From NCBI GenBank assembly GCA_963675915.1, contig OY780959.1, positions 2,593,388 through 2,625,387 of the forward strand: a stretch of DNA of 32,000 nt, given 5' to 3'. Below are positions 9,140 to 17,106 of this stretch, in pieces; position 1 is the stretch's first letter, and every line of letters starts with the position of its first letter. The translations under genes and the position numbers were made by a program. The notes beneath the pieces are model-generated. The model did not search any database and was not told where the DNA came from. It saw nothing but the letters and a program-made list of their open reading frames with translations. This DNA comes from Coprobacillaceae bacterium (GTDB taxonomy: Bacteria > Bacillota_I > Bacilli_A > Erysipelotrichales > Coprobacillaceae).

Positions 9140-10294
9140 ATGACAAAAAAGATAACCTTGAGTGGTGAAGGAATTGTAACGGGGAATGATGCCTTGTCAT
9201 ATTTGAAAAATGTTGAATATAGTAGGGCATTCATAGTCACCGGGGGCAGTTCAATGGAAAAAAATGGTTTTTTGGCACAAGTAAGGGACAATCTTGACCA
9301 GGCCGGATGCCAGAGCCTGATATATTCGGGAATCAAAATGAATCCTAGAATCCAGGAAGTCATGGATGGCGTAGCCAAGATTCGGGAATTCAATCCTGAT
9401 CTGGTTATTGGGGTCGGCGGAGGATCGGCTATGGATGCTGCCAAAGCGATGCTTTTGTTTTATGAATTTGAGGATTTGACTTTTGAAAATGTGCTGGAAA
9501 AAAACATGGGCGGGAAGATACCAACCAGTCGGTCAACCGGATTGATCTGCATTCCTTCAACTTCAGGAACCGCTTCGGAAGTAACCAGGGGGACGGTGAT
9601 CACTGATCCCGTTAAGAAACTTAAAGTCCCAATCATGACCGATATTCTAAGGCCGGATATTGCCATCCTGGATCCAGGTATAACCATGTCGATGCCAAAA
9701 CGAATTGTGGCTGAAACCGGAATGGATGCCTTGACTCATGCGATTGAGGCTTATACAAATCACAACCTTGATGATTTTACCGAAACGATCTGCCGGGGAG
9801 CAATTGAAGGAATTATGGAATGGCTTTTGATTTCCTATCAGGAAATGACAATTGAGAGTAGAGAAAAAGTTCAGAACTATCAGGCCATGGCGGGAATCGG
9901 ATTTGCGAATGTCGGGTTGGGAATGGTCCATGGAATCGCTCATGCCTATGGAGCGATGTTTGATCTCGCGCACGGTCTCACCAATGCGATAATCTTGCCT
10001 TATGTCCTGGAATATAATCGCCAAAATCCGATTGTTGATAAAAAACTATGTAAACTGGAATTTCACTGCCAGTGTGACAATATCATTGAAGAAATAAATG
10101 AACTGAACAATAGGATGAAAATACCGGCTTCGTTCAAAGAGGCGGGCATCAGTGAAGAAGAATTTTTGCAATCATTTGAGTTGCTCCTTGACCATTCGAT
10201 GTTGGGGGCCACCAAGGTCAATCCAGTCGAAATGGACCGGGAATCAATGCGAGAAATGGTTAATTTGGTTTATTATGGAAAGAAGGGGAAATAA
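9140..10294 (+). CDS. Iron-containing (group III) alcohol dehydrogenase
   Basis: Motifs are GVGGGSAMDAAKA and a His cluster GMVHGIAHAYG. The ORF track starts at TTG 9131. ATG 9140 lies 12 nt after GAAAGGA and is my preferred start, but either is possible. Confidence 0.85.
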   Translation: MTKKITLSGEGIVTGNDALSYLKNVEYSRAFIVTGGSSMEKNGFLAQVRDNLDQAGCQSLIYSGIKMNPRIQEVMDGVAKIREFNPDLVIGVGGGSAMDAAKAMLLFYEFEDLTFENVLEKNMGGKIPTSRSTGLICIPSTSGTASEVTRGTVITDPVKKLKVPIMTDILRPDIAILDPGITMSMPKRIVAETGMDALTHAIEAYTNHNLDDFTETICRGAIEGIMEWLLISYQEMTIESREKVQNYQAMAGIGFANVGLGMVHGIAHAYGAMFDLAHGLTNAIILPYVLEYNRQNPIVDKKLCKLEFHCQCDNIIEEINELNNRMKIPASFKEAGISEEEFLQSFELLLDHSMLGATKVNPVEMDRESMREMVNLVYYGKKGK

Positions 10295-10295
10295 A

Positions 10296-11576
10296 ATGGA
10301 TAATATGTTTGAAAGAGCAGCCAAGGTGATTCCACCAGCGGCTGGAAGAGCGACAAAATTGGGAGTTGTTGCTTCACAGGGAAATTACATTATTGATGAA
10401 AAAGGGCAAAAATATTTGGATTTCGCCAGCGGGGTGGCGGTAAACAATTTGGGTAATCGTCATCCTCGGGTTGTTGAAGCAATCAAAAAGCAGCTGGATA
10501 CGATGATTCATGTCGGTCACAATGTTGTCTACTATGAATCGTACGTCAAACTGGCAGAAAAATTGGTTGAAATGACCGATAGGGATACGATGGTTTATTT
10601 TAGCAATTCGGGAGCCGAAGCCAATGAAGGAGCCCTGAAGCTGGCAAAATTCCATACCAAAAGACCGGGGATAATTTCTTTTAAGAACTCATTCCATGGC
10701 CGGACAATTGCCGCTACCTCGGTTACTGGCTCGAATTCCAAATACCGGCGCTACTATGAACCGCTTCTACCAAGTGTATATTGGGCTGATTATGCCAACT
10801 GTTATCGATGTCCTTTTGGAAAAAAGTCCGGTGCATGCCAGATGGAATGTCTGGGACAGTTTGATGAAATATTCGATAAATTGATTGATCCTGAGATGGT
10901 GGCAGCGATTCTGATTGAACCGATTCAAGGTGAAGGGGGCTATGTGGTGCCACCAAAAGAGTTCTTGGCGGGACTGCGAAAAATATGTGATCAACATGGG
11001 ATTATGCTGATTTTCGATGAAGTTCAAACCGGGATTGGGAGAACGGGTGAACTATATGCCTATCAGACTTTCAATGTCAAGCCGGACATCCTGACTTCGG
11101 CCAAAGCCCTTAGCGGAGGAATTCCGCTATCGGCAATCATCGCCAAAAAGGAAATAATGGAGAACTGGCCGGCTGGTGCCCATGGGGGAACCTTTGGTGG
11201 TAATCCGTTGGCCTGTGCTGCCGGGCTGGAAACTTTGGCGGTTATCGAAGAGGAAAATTTGCTTGATAACTGCAAGGAGAAGGGGAAATATTTCCTGGAA
11301 GCACTAAACATCCTGGCCGGTGAATTCCCGTCTTCCATTGGGGATGTCCGGGGAGCCGGACTGATGATTGCCATCGAAATGGTGAATGAAGATGGCAGCC
11401 CTAATCAGGAATTGACTGATCGGATTATCAATTATGCCTTCGCTAAGGGAATCGTGCTGCTAAGCTGCGGGGTTGACCATAATGTAATCAGATTCATCAG
11501 TTCGCTGCTAGTTGAAGAAAACGAAATCGATCAGGTGATCGATGTAATCAGAGCGGCCTTGAAAGCGACTCAATAG
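10296..11576 (+). CDS. Class-III PLP-dependent aminotransferase (GABA/ornithine omega-aminotransferase type)
   Basis: Motifs are SGAEANEGALKLA, FDEVQTGIGRTG and the PLP-lysine context LTSAKALSGG. The ATG at 10296 follows GAAGGGGA and lies 1 nt after the ADH stop. The 48-codon extension in the ORF track overlaps the ADH gene and is not credible. Confidence 0.85.
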   Translation: MDNMFERAAKVIPPAAGRATKLGVVASQGNYIIDEKGQKYLDFASGVAVNNLGNRHPRVVEAIKKQLDTMIHVGHNVVYYESYVKLAEKLVEMTDRDTMVYFSNSGAEANEGALKLAKFHTKRPGIISFKNSFHGRTIAATSVTGSNSKYRRYYEPLLPSVYWADYANCYRCPFGKKSGACQMECLGQFDEIFDKLIDPEMVAAILIEPIQGEGGYVVPPKEFLAGLRKICDQHGIMLIFDEVQTGIGRTGELYAYQTFNVKPDILTSAKALSGGIPLSAIIAKKEIMENWPAGAHGGTFGGNPLACAAGLETLAVIEEENLLDNCKEKGKYFLEALNILAGEFPSSIGDVRGAGLMIAIEMVNEDGSPNQELTDRIINYAFAKGIVLLSCGVDHNVIRFISSLLVEENEIDQVIDVIRAALKATQ

Positions 11577-11587
11577 GATCATGACTC

Positions 11588-11630
11588 AGAAGCACCGGTG
11601 CCAAAAAAACCAGTGCTCCTGATATTTTAT
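11588..11630 (+). terminator. Possible weak terminator after the four-gene operon
   Basis: AGAAGCACCGG...CCAGTGCTCCT (9 of 11 pairs) followed by GATATTTTATT. The stem is imperfect and the T tract is interrupted. Confidence 0.35.
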
Positions 11631-11775
11631 TCATAATTGCTTGGTTATGTGTTACAATATAAGTGTAAAGACGGATGAAGTGGCAGATAATATTTTTTCA
11701 TGACAATGGCCCCCATAATAAGGCTGTTGATTATGGTTTTTTAAGCAGATATTTTATAAAGCAAAGGTGAATAAA

Positions 11776-12231
11776 ATGAAATTCAAACCATGGCAAAACA
11801 ACGCCATATCAGCTGCAGTAATCATTGTCGGAGGGTTTATCCTCTTCTTGTTTGCTTTCGTTCTTGCATCAGGTGTGTTCCAACTGACGATGCAGAAGAT
11901 GGGAGTTCCTTCCAACGAGGCTCCGCCAGTTTTAAGCAGGATTATTTATCTTGCCATTGTTTACGTAATGTCCGGTCTGGTATTTGGATCAAAGTTCAAC
12001 GACACAATCAAGGCCACTGCCTTTACTATGCCGTTGATGGTGACTTTGATGCTGATGGGAATATCCCTGTATTTGCAGCCAACTTGGATCATCATTGGGT
12101 TAGGTGCAGTCATCGTCCTGATTCCACTGCTGTTTTTCTTTAAGAAGAAGATGCCGTGGCAATATTATTTTTCTACTTTCTTTGTAGTGGCAGTGCTTCT
12201 TTACATGATAATATTCGATGTGGAAATCTAA
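11776..12231 (+). CDS. Hypothetical small integral membrane protein (4-5 TM segments)
   Basis: Hydrophobic throughout (ISAAVIIVGGFILFLFAFVLASGVF..., LMVTLMLMGISLYL...). ATG 11776 is preferred over GTG 11767 because of the spacing to AAAGG. I recognise no family. Confidence 0.55.
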   Translation: MKFKPWQNNAISAAVIIVGGFILFLFAFVLASGVFQLTMQKMGVPSNEAPPVLSRIIYLAIVYVMSGLVFGSKFNDTIKATAFTMPLMVTLMLMGISLYLQPTWIIIGLGAVIVLIPLLFFFKKKMPWQYYFSTFFVVAVLLYMIIFDVEI

Positions 12232-12271
12232 TTAGTGAATATTTTGTTAAAATTGAACCAGGCAAAAAATT

Positions 12272-12297
12272 GCATTGTTTAGAACAATGCTTTTTTT
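12272..12297 (+). terminator. Intrinsic terminator
   Basis: GCATTGTT-TAGA-AACAATGC followed by T7, with an A6 tract upstream. Confidence 0.75.
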
Positions 12298-12415
12298 GAT
12301 AAAATTTTAATCGGCTGCAAATAATAATTTTCATTGTCTGGTGTTTTTAGGTTTTAGCGCAAGGTGTTTGGTATAGTAATATCAGAGAATTCAAATTGAA
12401 GAAGAGGTGGCTAAT

Positions 12416-13306
12416 ATGAACAAATATATCGATTTGCATATGCATTCAATTTATAGTGACGACGGTGAATTCACTCCGGCAAAACTGGTTGAAAAATGCG
12501 CTGAGTCCGGAGTCAAAATTATGGCAATAGCGGACCATAATAGTGTCAAAGGGATTGCCGAAGGACTTGAGACTGCTCAAAAAAAGGGGATCAAATACAT
12601 TCCCGCAGTTGAAATTGACTGTACGTACAAAGATATCAATCTCCATGTTGTCGGATACGGGATTGATTATCAAGATCCGATCTTTGAACAAATTGAGAAT
12701 AATGTCTTAGAGCAGGAGCTAAGCAGTTCCAAAGAGAAAATCAAATTGACCAAAAAATTGGGTTTTGAGATCGACGAAAAACGACTTGGAGAACTTTCAG
12801 ACAATGGAGTTTATACCGGGGAAATGTTTGCTGAATTATTGCTCAACGACACTCGTTATCTTGACCATCCCATGTTGAAGCCTTACCGAGATGGCGGAGA
12901 TCGAGGTGATAACCCGTATGTCAATTTTTATTGGGATTACTATGCCCAGGGGAAACCATGCTATACCAAAATTGAATATCCAACCTTAGAAGAAGTGGTG
13001 AAAATAATTCATGATCATGGGGGAGTGGCCGTGCTGGCTCATCCGGGGAACAACCTCAAAGGACAATTTGAAATATTCACGGAGATGGTGGCGGTGGGTC
13101 TTGATGGCGTGGAAGCCTTCAGCAGTTATCATAGTCCTCAGACCAGTGATTATTTTTATCAGACCGGTTCAAAACTGGGGCTTTTGATTACCTGTGGCAG
13201 CGATTATCACGGTAAGACCAAGCCGTCGATAGAACTGGGTGGTTGCGGGGGTTCCATCGATCAGCATCAAATTGAAGAAAAACTCCAGGAAATGAAGCTG
13301 ATTTAA
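12416..13306 (+). CDS. PHP-domain metal-dependent phosphoesterase (TrpH/YciV-like)
   Basis: The N-terminus IDLHMHSIYSDDGEFTPAKLVEKCAESGVKIMAIADHNSVKG, and later AHPG and GSDYHG, form the PHP His/Asp motif set. ATG 12416 lies 8 nt after GAAGAGG (the ORF track starts at GTG 12407). Confidence 0.8.
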   Translation: MNKYIDLHMHSIYSDDGEFTPAKLVEKCAESGVKIMAIADHNSVKGIAEGLETAQKKGIKYIPAVEIDCTYKDINLHVVGYGIDYQDPIFEQIENNVLEQELSSSKEKIKLTKKLGFEIDEKRLGELSDNGVYTGEMFAELLLNDTRYLDHPMLKPYRDGGDRGDNPYVNFYWDYYAQGKPCYTKIEYPTLEEVVKIIHDHGGVAVLAHPGNNLKGQFEIFTEMVAVGLDGVEAFSSYHSPQTSDYFYQTGSKLGLLITCGSDYHGKTKPSIELGGCGGSIDQHQIEEKLQEMKLI

Positions 13307-13329
13307 CTCCTGGAATAAATACAATTCAT

Positions 13330-13361
13330 GACCTCTGTTTTTTCAAGCAGGGGTCGTTTTC
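13330..13361 (+). terminator. Intrinsic terminator after the PHP gene
   Basis: GACCTCTG-loop-CAGGGGTC (one G-U pair) followed by GTTTT. Confidence 0.65.
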
Positions 13362-13387
13362 ATCCGCCAAAGACAGCGGGGTACAGT

Positions 13388-13415
13388 TTGAATATGCCTA
13401 ATAATATGATACAAT
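13388..13415 (+). promoter_or_regulatory. Candidate sigma-A promoter for the DUF2254-patatin pair
   Basis: TTGAAT, a 16-nt spacer, then the extended -10 TGaTACAAT (TACAAT at 13410-13415). It sits between the upstream terminator and the start at 13551. Confidence 0.4.
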
Positions 13416-13550
13416 ATTAGTAGATGATGTGGCTTAAAATGGTTCTTTGAGAATTTCAGGTCCGAGCATCATGCAGCAGAGTAGGAGTAAACTAATATCT
13501 TTAATTTAATTGATTGTTTTTGCAAACCAACCAGAAAAGCAGGGATTGTT

Positions 13551-14882
13551 ATGTTTAATATGAAAATCATCAGCAAAGTCAAAAAAAGCATCTGGCTCTA
13601 TCCGACCATGTATAGTCTCTTGGCCTTGATTCTCGCAATCGTCATTACCGTGGTGGATCGGTCATACACCAACCGCCTAGGGGAATTTCTGGGCAGTTTC
13701 TTCTACACCAAGACCACCTTGGCCCAAAGTGTCCTGGGAATTGTGGCGGGAGCCTTTATCACAATTGCGATATTCACTTTTTCAACTACGATGGTGGTTT
13801 TGACGATGTATTCTTCTCAGTTCACCCCAAGAGTCGTTGAAAATTTCCTCAATAACGATACAACTATGAAATCCTTCGGGATTTTCTTGAGTGGTTTCAT
13901 CTATTCGATCATCTCGCTGCTGTTCATCAATACTAGTGCGGATGACCATTTGGTTATCGCGGCAAGTGTCGGCGTGATTTATGTTATTTTAGGATTGGTG
14001 TACTTCCTGCGATTTATCCATAATGTTTCGACCTATATTCAGGCTAACGGACTGATTCTAAGACTTCACAATGAAGCATTGGGAAAAATCAAGCAGCATC
14101 GCCGTTTTGTCAAGGACCATCAGGTAATTCAGGAAAATACGATTGAGGGGATAACCAAGGATATGCAAATCCTGGATATTCTTAGTCCCGGTGATGGCTA
14201 TATTCAGGAAATCGACTATACCCACTTGAAGGAAATAGCGCAAAAGCACCAGTGTGTCGTAATTTTTAAAAAGGTTGTCGGCCAGTTTGTCGATGTCCAG
14301 ACCAATGTCGTTACGGTATACTACCAGGGCAAGGAACCGCCCGATGAAAAGATAGTCGGCCGGATTCAAGGTTGCCTTACTATCGGAAACAAGAAGACCG
14401 AGGCCCAGGATTTCATTTTCACCATCCAGAAGATTGTTGAAATTGCTTTGCGGGCGCTGTCTCCGGGAATCAACGATCCCAATACTGCGATTCACTGTAT
14501 CAAGATAACCGGGATATTGCTGCGGGATATAGCCGATCTCGAACATGGCTATGTCCTGGTCAAAGACAAGGATGTGGCCGGGATGATAATTCTTGAGGCT
14601 TATGATTACAAATACATTCTCCATGATGCCTATAATCAGATTATCCTCTATGGGCAACAGGATTCAGCGGTAACTCAGGCAATTTTCAAAGCGCTGAGTT
14701 TTGCCAAAGGCAATGCCACCCAGGAAAATGAGAAAATCATCAACGGTTATGCGGTGGCAATCTATGAAAAAATCAAAAATAACGATTATGACAAGCTGGA
14801 AGATACCCGGATTCATCAGGAATACAAGGAGACTATCGACTATACCCGGTTTGACAAAAGTACGAAGGAAAAGGACGAATAA
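13551..14882 (+). CDS. DUF2254-family membrane protein
   Basis: 443 aa. Four N-terminal TM segments precede a ~280-aa soluble domain containing LSPGINDPNTA, which I recall as the DUF2254 signature. Its stop codon overlaps the next start. Confidence 0.65.
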   Translation: MFNMKIISKVKKSIWLYPTMYSLLALILAIVITVVDRSYTNRLGEFLGSFFYTKTTLAQSVLGIVAGAFITIAIFTFSTTMVVLTMYSSQFTPRVVENFLNNDTTMKSFGIFLSGFIYSIISLLFINTSADDHLVIAASVGVIYVILGLVYFLRFIHNVSTYIQANGLILRLHNEALGKIKQHRRFVKDHQVIQENTIEGITKDMQILDILSPGDGYIQEIDYTHLKEIAQKHQCVVIFKKVVGQFVDVQTNVVTVYYQGKEPPDEKIVGRIQGCLTIGNKKTEAQDFIFTIQKIVEIALRALSPGINDPNTAIHCIKITGILLRDIADLEHGYVLVKDKDVAGMIILEAYDYKYILHDAYNQIILYGQQDSAVTQAIFKALSFAKGNATQENEKIINGYAVAIYEKIKNNDYDKLEDTRIHQEYKETIDYTRFDKSTKEKDE

Positions 14883-15673
14883 TGAGTAGCAAGAAAATCG
14901 GGCTGGTGCTTGGAGGTGGCGGAACCCGCGGGTTTGCCCATCTGGGAGCGATTAAAGCTCTAAATGAAAAAGGAATCAAACCCAATGTGTTTTCCGGTAC
15001 CAGTGCCGGAGCAATTGTCGCAGCTTTGTTGGCGGCTGATAAGAGTCCGGAGGAAATAATGGAGTTTTTGAAAGATATCCGCCTGATGGATGCGGCCAAG
15101 ATAACCATTCCGGTGGTCGGATTTGCTTCGTTGGAAAATCTCTATCACAAACTTGACACGATTCTTGAAGGCAAGAATTTTGAAGACTTGAAATATCCAT
15201 TGCATGTCTGTGTCTCAAATTTGAATACCGGCCGGGTCGAATACCTTGATTCCGGCAATGTGGCCAAAGCTGTCCAGGCCTCGGCCTCAATTCCGATACT
15301 GTTCACTCCGGTGAAAATCAACGACTTCCAATATGTTGATGGCGGCTTGCTTGATAATGTGCCGGTTCTGCCGTTGGTCGATGATTGTGATATGCTCATC
15401 GCAATTGACATTTCACCAGTAAAACCAGACAATAAGATTACCGGTATGCCCGAAGTTATCACCCAGATTTTGCAGATGACCGTCGGGATGCAACAGGACA
15501 AGGAGGAATTCTGCGATGTGCTCATCAGACTAGATAAGCTGACCGAGTACAATATCCTGGATACAAGCAACAACGAAAAAATTTATGAGATTGGATATGA
15601 TCATGTTAAAAACATGACCATCAATCATCAGGAAGAATCCAAATTCGACCTAAAATCACTATTTCGCTTATGA
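14882..15673 (+). CDS. Patatin-like phospholipase (RssA/YlbK-type)
   Basis: 263 aa. It has the oxyanion loop GLVLGGGGTRG, the nucleophile elbow GTSAG and the catalytic Asp in YVDGGLLDN. Start and stop overlap as gaaTAATGagt. Confidence 0.9.
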   Translation: MSSKKIGLVLGGGGTRGFAHLGAIKALNEKGIKPNVFSGTSAGAIVAALLAADKSPEEIMEFLKDIRLMDAAKITIPVVGFASLENLYHKLDTILEGKNFEDLKYPLHVCVSNLNTGRVEYLDSGNVAKAVQASASIPILFTPVKINDFQYVDGGLLDNVPVLPLVDDCDMLIAIDISPVKPDNKITGMPEVITQILQMTVGMQQDKEEFCDVLIRLDKLTEYNILDTSNNEKIYEIGYDHVKNMTINHQEESKFDLKSLFRL

Positions 15674-15680
15674 ATAATTC

Positions 15681-15720
15681 AAATGCGCCATCACCAGTTA
15701 TTGGGAAATGACGCATTTTT
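15681..15720 (+). terminator. Intrinsic terminator after the patatin gene
   Basis: AAATGCGCCAT...ATGACGCATTT (one mismatch) followed by a T tract. Confidence 0.6.
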
Positions 15721-15845
15721 CGATTATTGAGTGGCTGCGAATCAGACTTACCAGGCAATTCTGGAACAATAGTTCAATTCATATTGATTGTATAAGATAA
15801 CAAAAAATGGCATAATTAGAGCGACAAATACAAGGGGGAGCATTT

Positions 15846-16589
15846 ATGAAGATTTTGGCAAGCGATTATGATGGAACGCTGTACTTTGGGGACAAAGGAT
15901 ACCGTGAGGAAGATATCGATGCAATTGAAAAGTTCCGTGCCAACGGAAATCTGTTTGGGGTATGTACCGGTAGACCACTTCGGGGGATAACCGAATTCAT
16001 GCATGAAAGAATCAAATTGGATTTCTATATCCTAAACAGCGGAACACTCATTCTCGATCGCAACCGGGAGTGCCTTTTTAAAAAGACGATTGACCATCAG
16101 GTCTGCAAATATATCATGGGTGAATATTCAATGCACGATATAACTATCTTTACCAATGATCATATCTACTTTACCGAGGAAAAAGAGGCTCATGATTTTG
16201 ACTTCTTTGTTCCAATCAAGGAAATAGTGCTTGAGGAAAATGTGGAGGTGTTCGGGGCGTCGCTTCATCTGGAAAACACTGAAGCTGCTTCCCAGTTGAT
16301 TGATGCAATCAATCAGATTGAAGGGATATCGGCATATCAGAACAAAGAAAGCATCGATTGTGTTGCTCAGGGGTGTTCGAAGGATACTGGGGCAAAGTTT
16401 ATTCGGAATTATTTTGGTATCAGCGATGATGTTGCCTGTATCGGTGACTCATTCAATGATTTGCCAATGCTGGAAGGAACGTCTCTAAGTTTCACTTTCA
16501 ATGACAGTCCGGATCAAATCAAGGACAAATCCAACTATGTGGTGGATTCAATCAATGAATGCATCAGTATTTTGATGGAAAACAAATAA
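15846..16589 (+). CDS. HAD-superfamily hydrolase, Cof-type (subfamily IIB) phosphatase
   Basis: 247 aa. It has motif I, ASDYDGTL, and a C-terminal GDSFNDLPM motif. RBS AAGGGGGAG. Confidence 0.8.
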   Translation: MKILASDYDGTLYFGDKGYREEDIDAIEKFRANGNLFGVCTGRPLRGITEFMHERIKLDFYILNSGTLILDRNRECLFKKTIDHQVCKYIMGEYSMHDITIFTNDHIYFTEEKEAHDFDFFVPIKEIVLEENVEVFGASLHLENTEAASQLIDAINQIEGISAYQNKESIDCVAQGCSKDTGAKFIRNYFGISDDVACIGDSFNDLPMLEGTSLSFTFNDSPDQIKDKSNYVVDSINECISILMENK

Positions 16590-16602
16590 TCGGAGGGAAA
16601 TT

Positions 16603-17085
16603 ATGAATAAAGAGGAATTTAAATTCAGATACGCAACCAGGGATGATGTTGCGCTGATCCTGGATTTTATCACCAAATTGGCTATTTACGAAGAGATGCT
16701 TGATGAAGTAGTGGCAACAGAGGAACTATTGGAGATGTGGCTTTTTGACAAGGAAAAAGCGGAAGTCATATTTGCCCTCAAAGACGACAAGGAAATCGGA
16801 ATCGCTTTGTTTTTCCATAACTTTTCAACATTTTTGGGCCGTGCGGGAATCTATCTTGAAGATTTGTTCGTTCTTGAAGAGTACCGTCATCAGGGGTGTG
16901 GTAAAGCGATTATCCGCCAACTGGCATCAATTGCGGTTGAACGCGGCTGTGGGCGATTGGAATGGTCGTGTCTTGACTGGAACAAGCCAAGCATCGATTT
17001 TTATCTTTCACTGAATGCGCAGCCAATGGAAGATTGGACCGTCTATCGATTGACGGGTGATAATCTTAAAAACATGGCAAAGTAA
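16603..17085 (+). CDS. GNAT-family N-acetyltransferase (diamine/SSAT-like)
   Basis: 160 aa. The acetyl-CoA motif is LFVLEEYRHQGCGKAIIRQLA. 13-nt gap from the HAD gene. Confidence 0.8.
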   Translation: MNKEEFKFRYATRDDVALILDFITKLAIYEEMLDEVVATEELLEMWLFDKEKAEVIFALKDDKEIGIALFFHNFSTFLGRAGIYLEDLFVLEEYRHQGCGKAIIRQLASIAVERGCGRLEWSCLDWNKPSIDFYLSLNAQPMEDWTVYRLTGDNLKNMAK

Positions 17086-17106
17086 GATTACTTAGGAGGA
17101 ACTCAT

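Noticed and set aside
9055-9444. A 129-aa minus-strand ORF spanning the rocB/ADH junction. Other antisense ORFs of 60-125 aa occur throughout, for example 1440-1808, 9647-10024, 11063-11374 and 27259-27558.
   Set aside because: All are embedded antisense in genes with strong family motifs and lack translation signals.
10152-10295. A 48-codon N-terminal extension of the aminotransferase ORF.
   Set aside because: It lies wholly within the 3' end of the alcohol dehydrogenase gene in another frame. A proper RBS plus ATG occurs at 10296, where family similarity begins (MDNMFERAAKVIPP...).
11675-11770. A 31-codon ORF (MKWQIIFFHDNGPHNKAVDYGFLSRYFIKQR) in the leader before the membrane-protein gene. 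Also an 8-codon ORF (MMWLKMVL, 13433-13459) in the DUF2254 leader, and a 14-codon ORF (MNMSKKGIITYSKK, 4765-4809) before the DUF362 gene.
   Set aside because: None has a correctly spaced Shine-Dalgarno sequence or a recognisable leader-peptide logic. ORFs this short arise by chance in AT-rich spacers.
11790-12143. A 117-aa plus-strand ORF overlapping the membrane-protein gene in another frame.
   Set aside because: It is Arg/Cys-rich nonsense-like sequence with no RBS. The alternative frame encodes a coherent multi-TM protein.
14058-14657. A 199-aa ORF on the minus strand inside the DUF2254 gene.
   Set aside because: It is entirely antisense to a well-supported gene, has no RBS or recognisable motif, and has a composition typical of a shadow frame.
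15145-15573. A 142-aa minus-strand ORF, plus the 104-aa, 91-aa and 81-aa minus-strand ORFs at 14833-15290, all inside or overlapping the patatin gene.
   Set aside because: They are antisense shadow frames of a gene with a complete catalytic motif set. They are Ser/Pro-rich and lack start-site signals.
13551-15673. The DUF2254-patatin pair as a CBASS or other named anti-phage system, given the CapV-like effector.
   Set aside because: No cyclase/nucleotidyltransferase, SAVED/STING or other signalling gene is adjacent. The patatin is short (263 aa, RssA/YlbK-like) and lacks the extra C-terminal region I associate with CapV. It is kept as an open two-gene finding, not as a known system.
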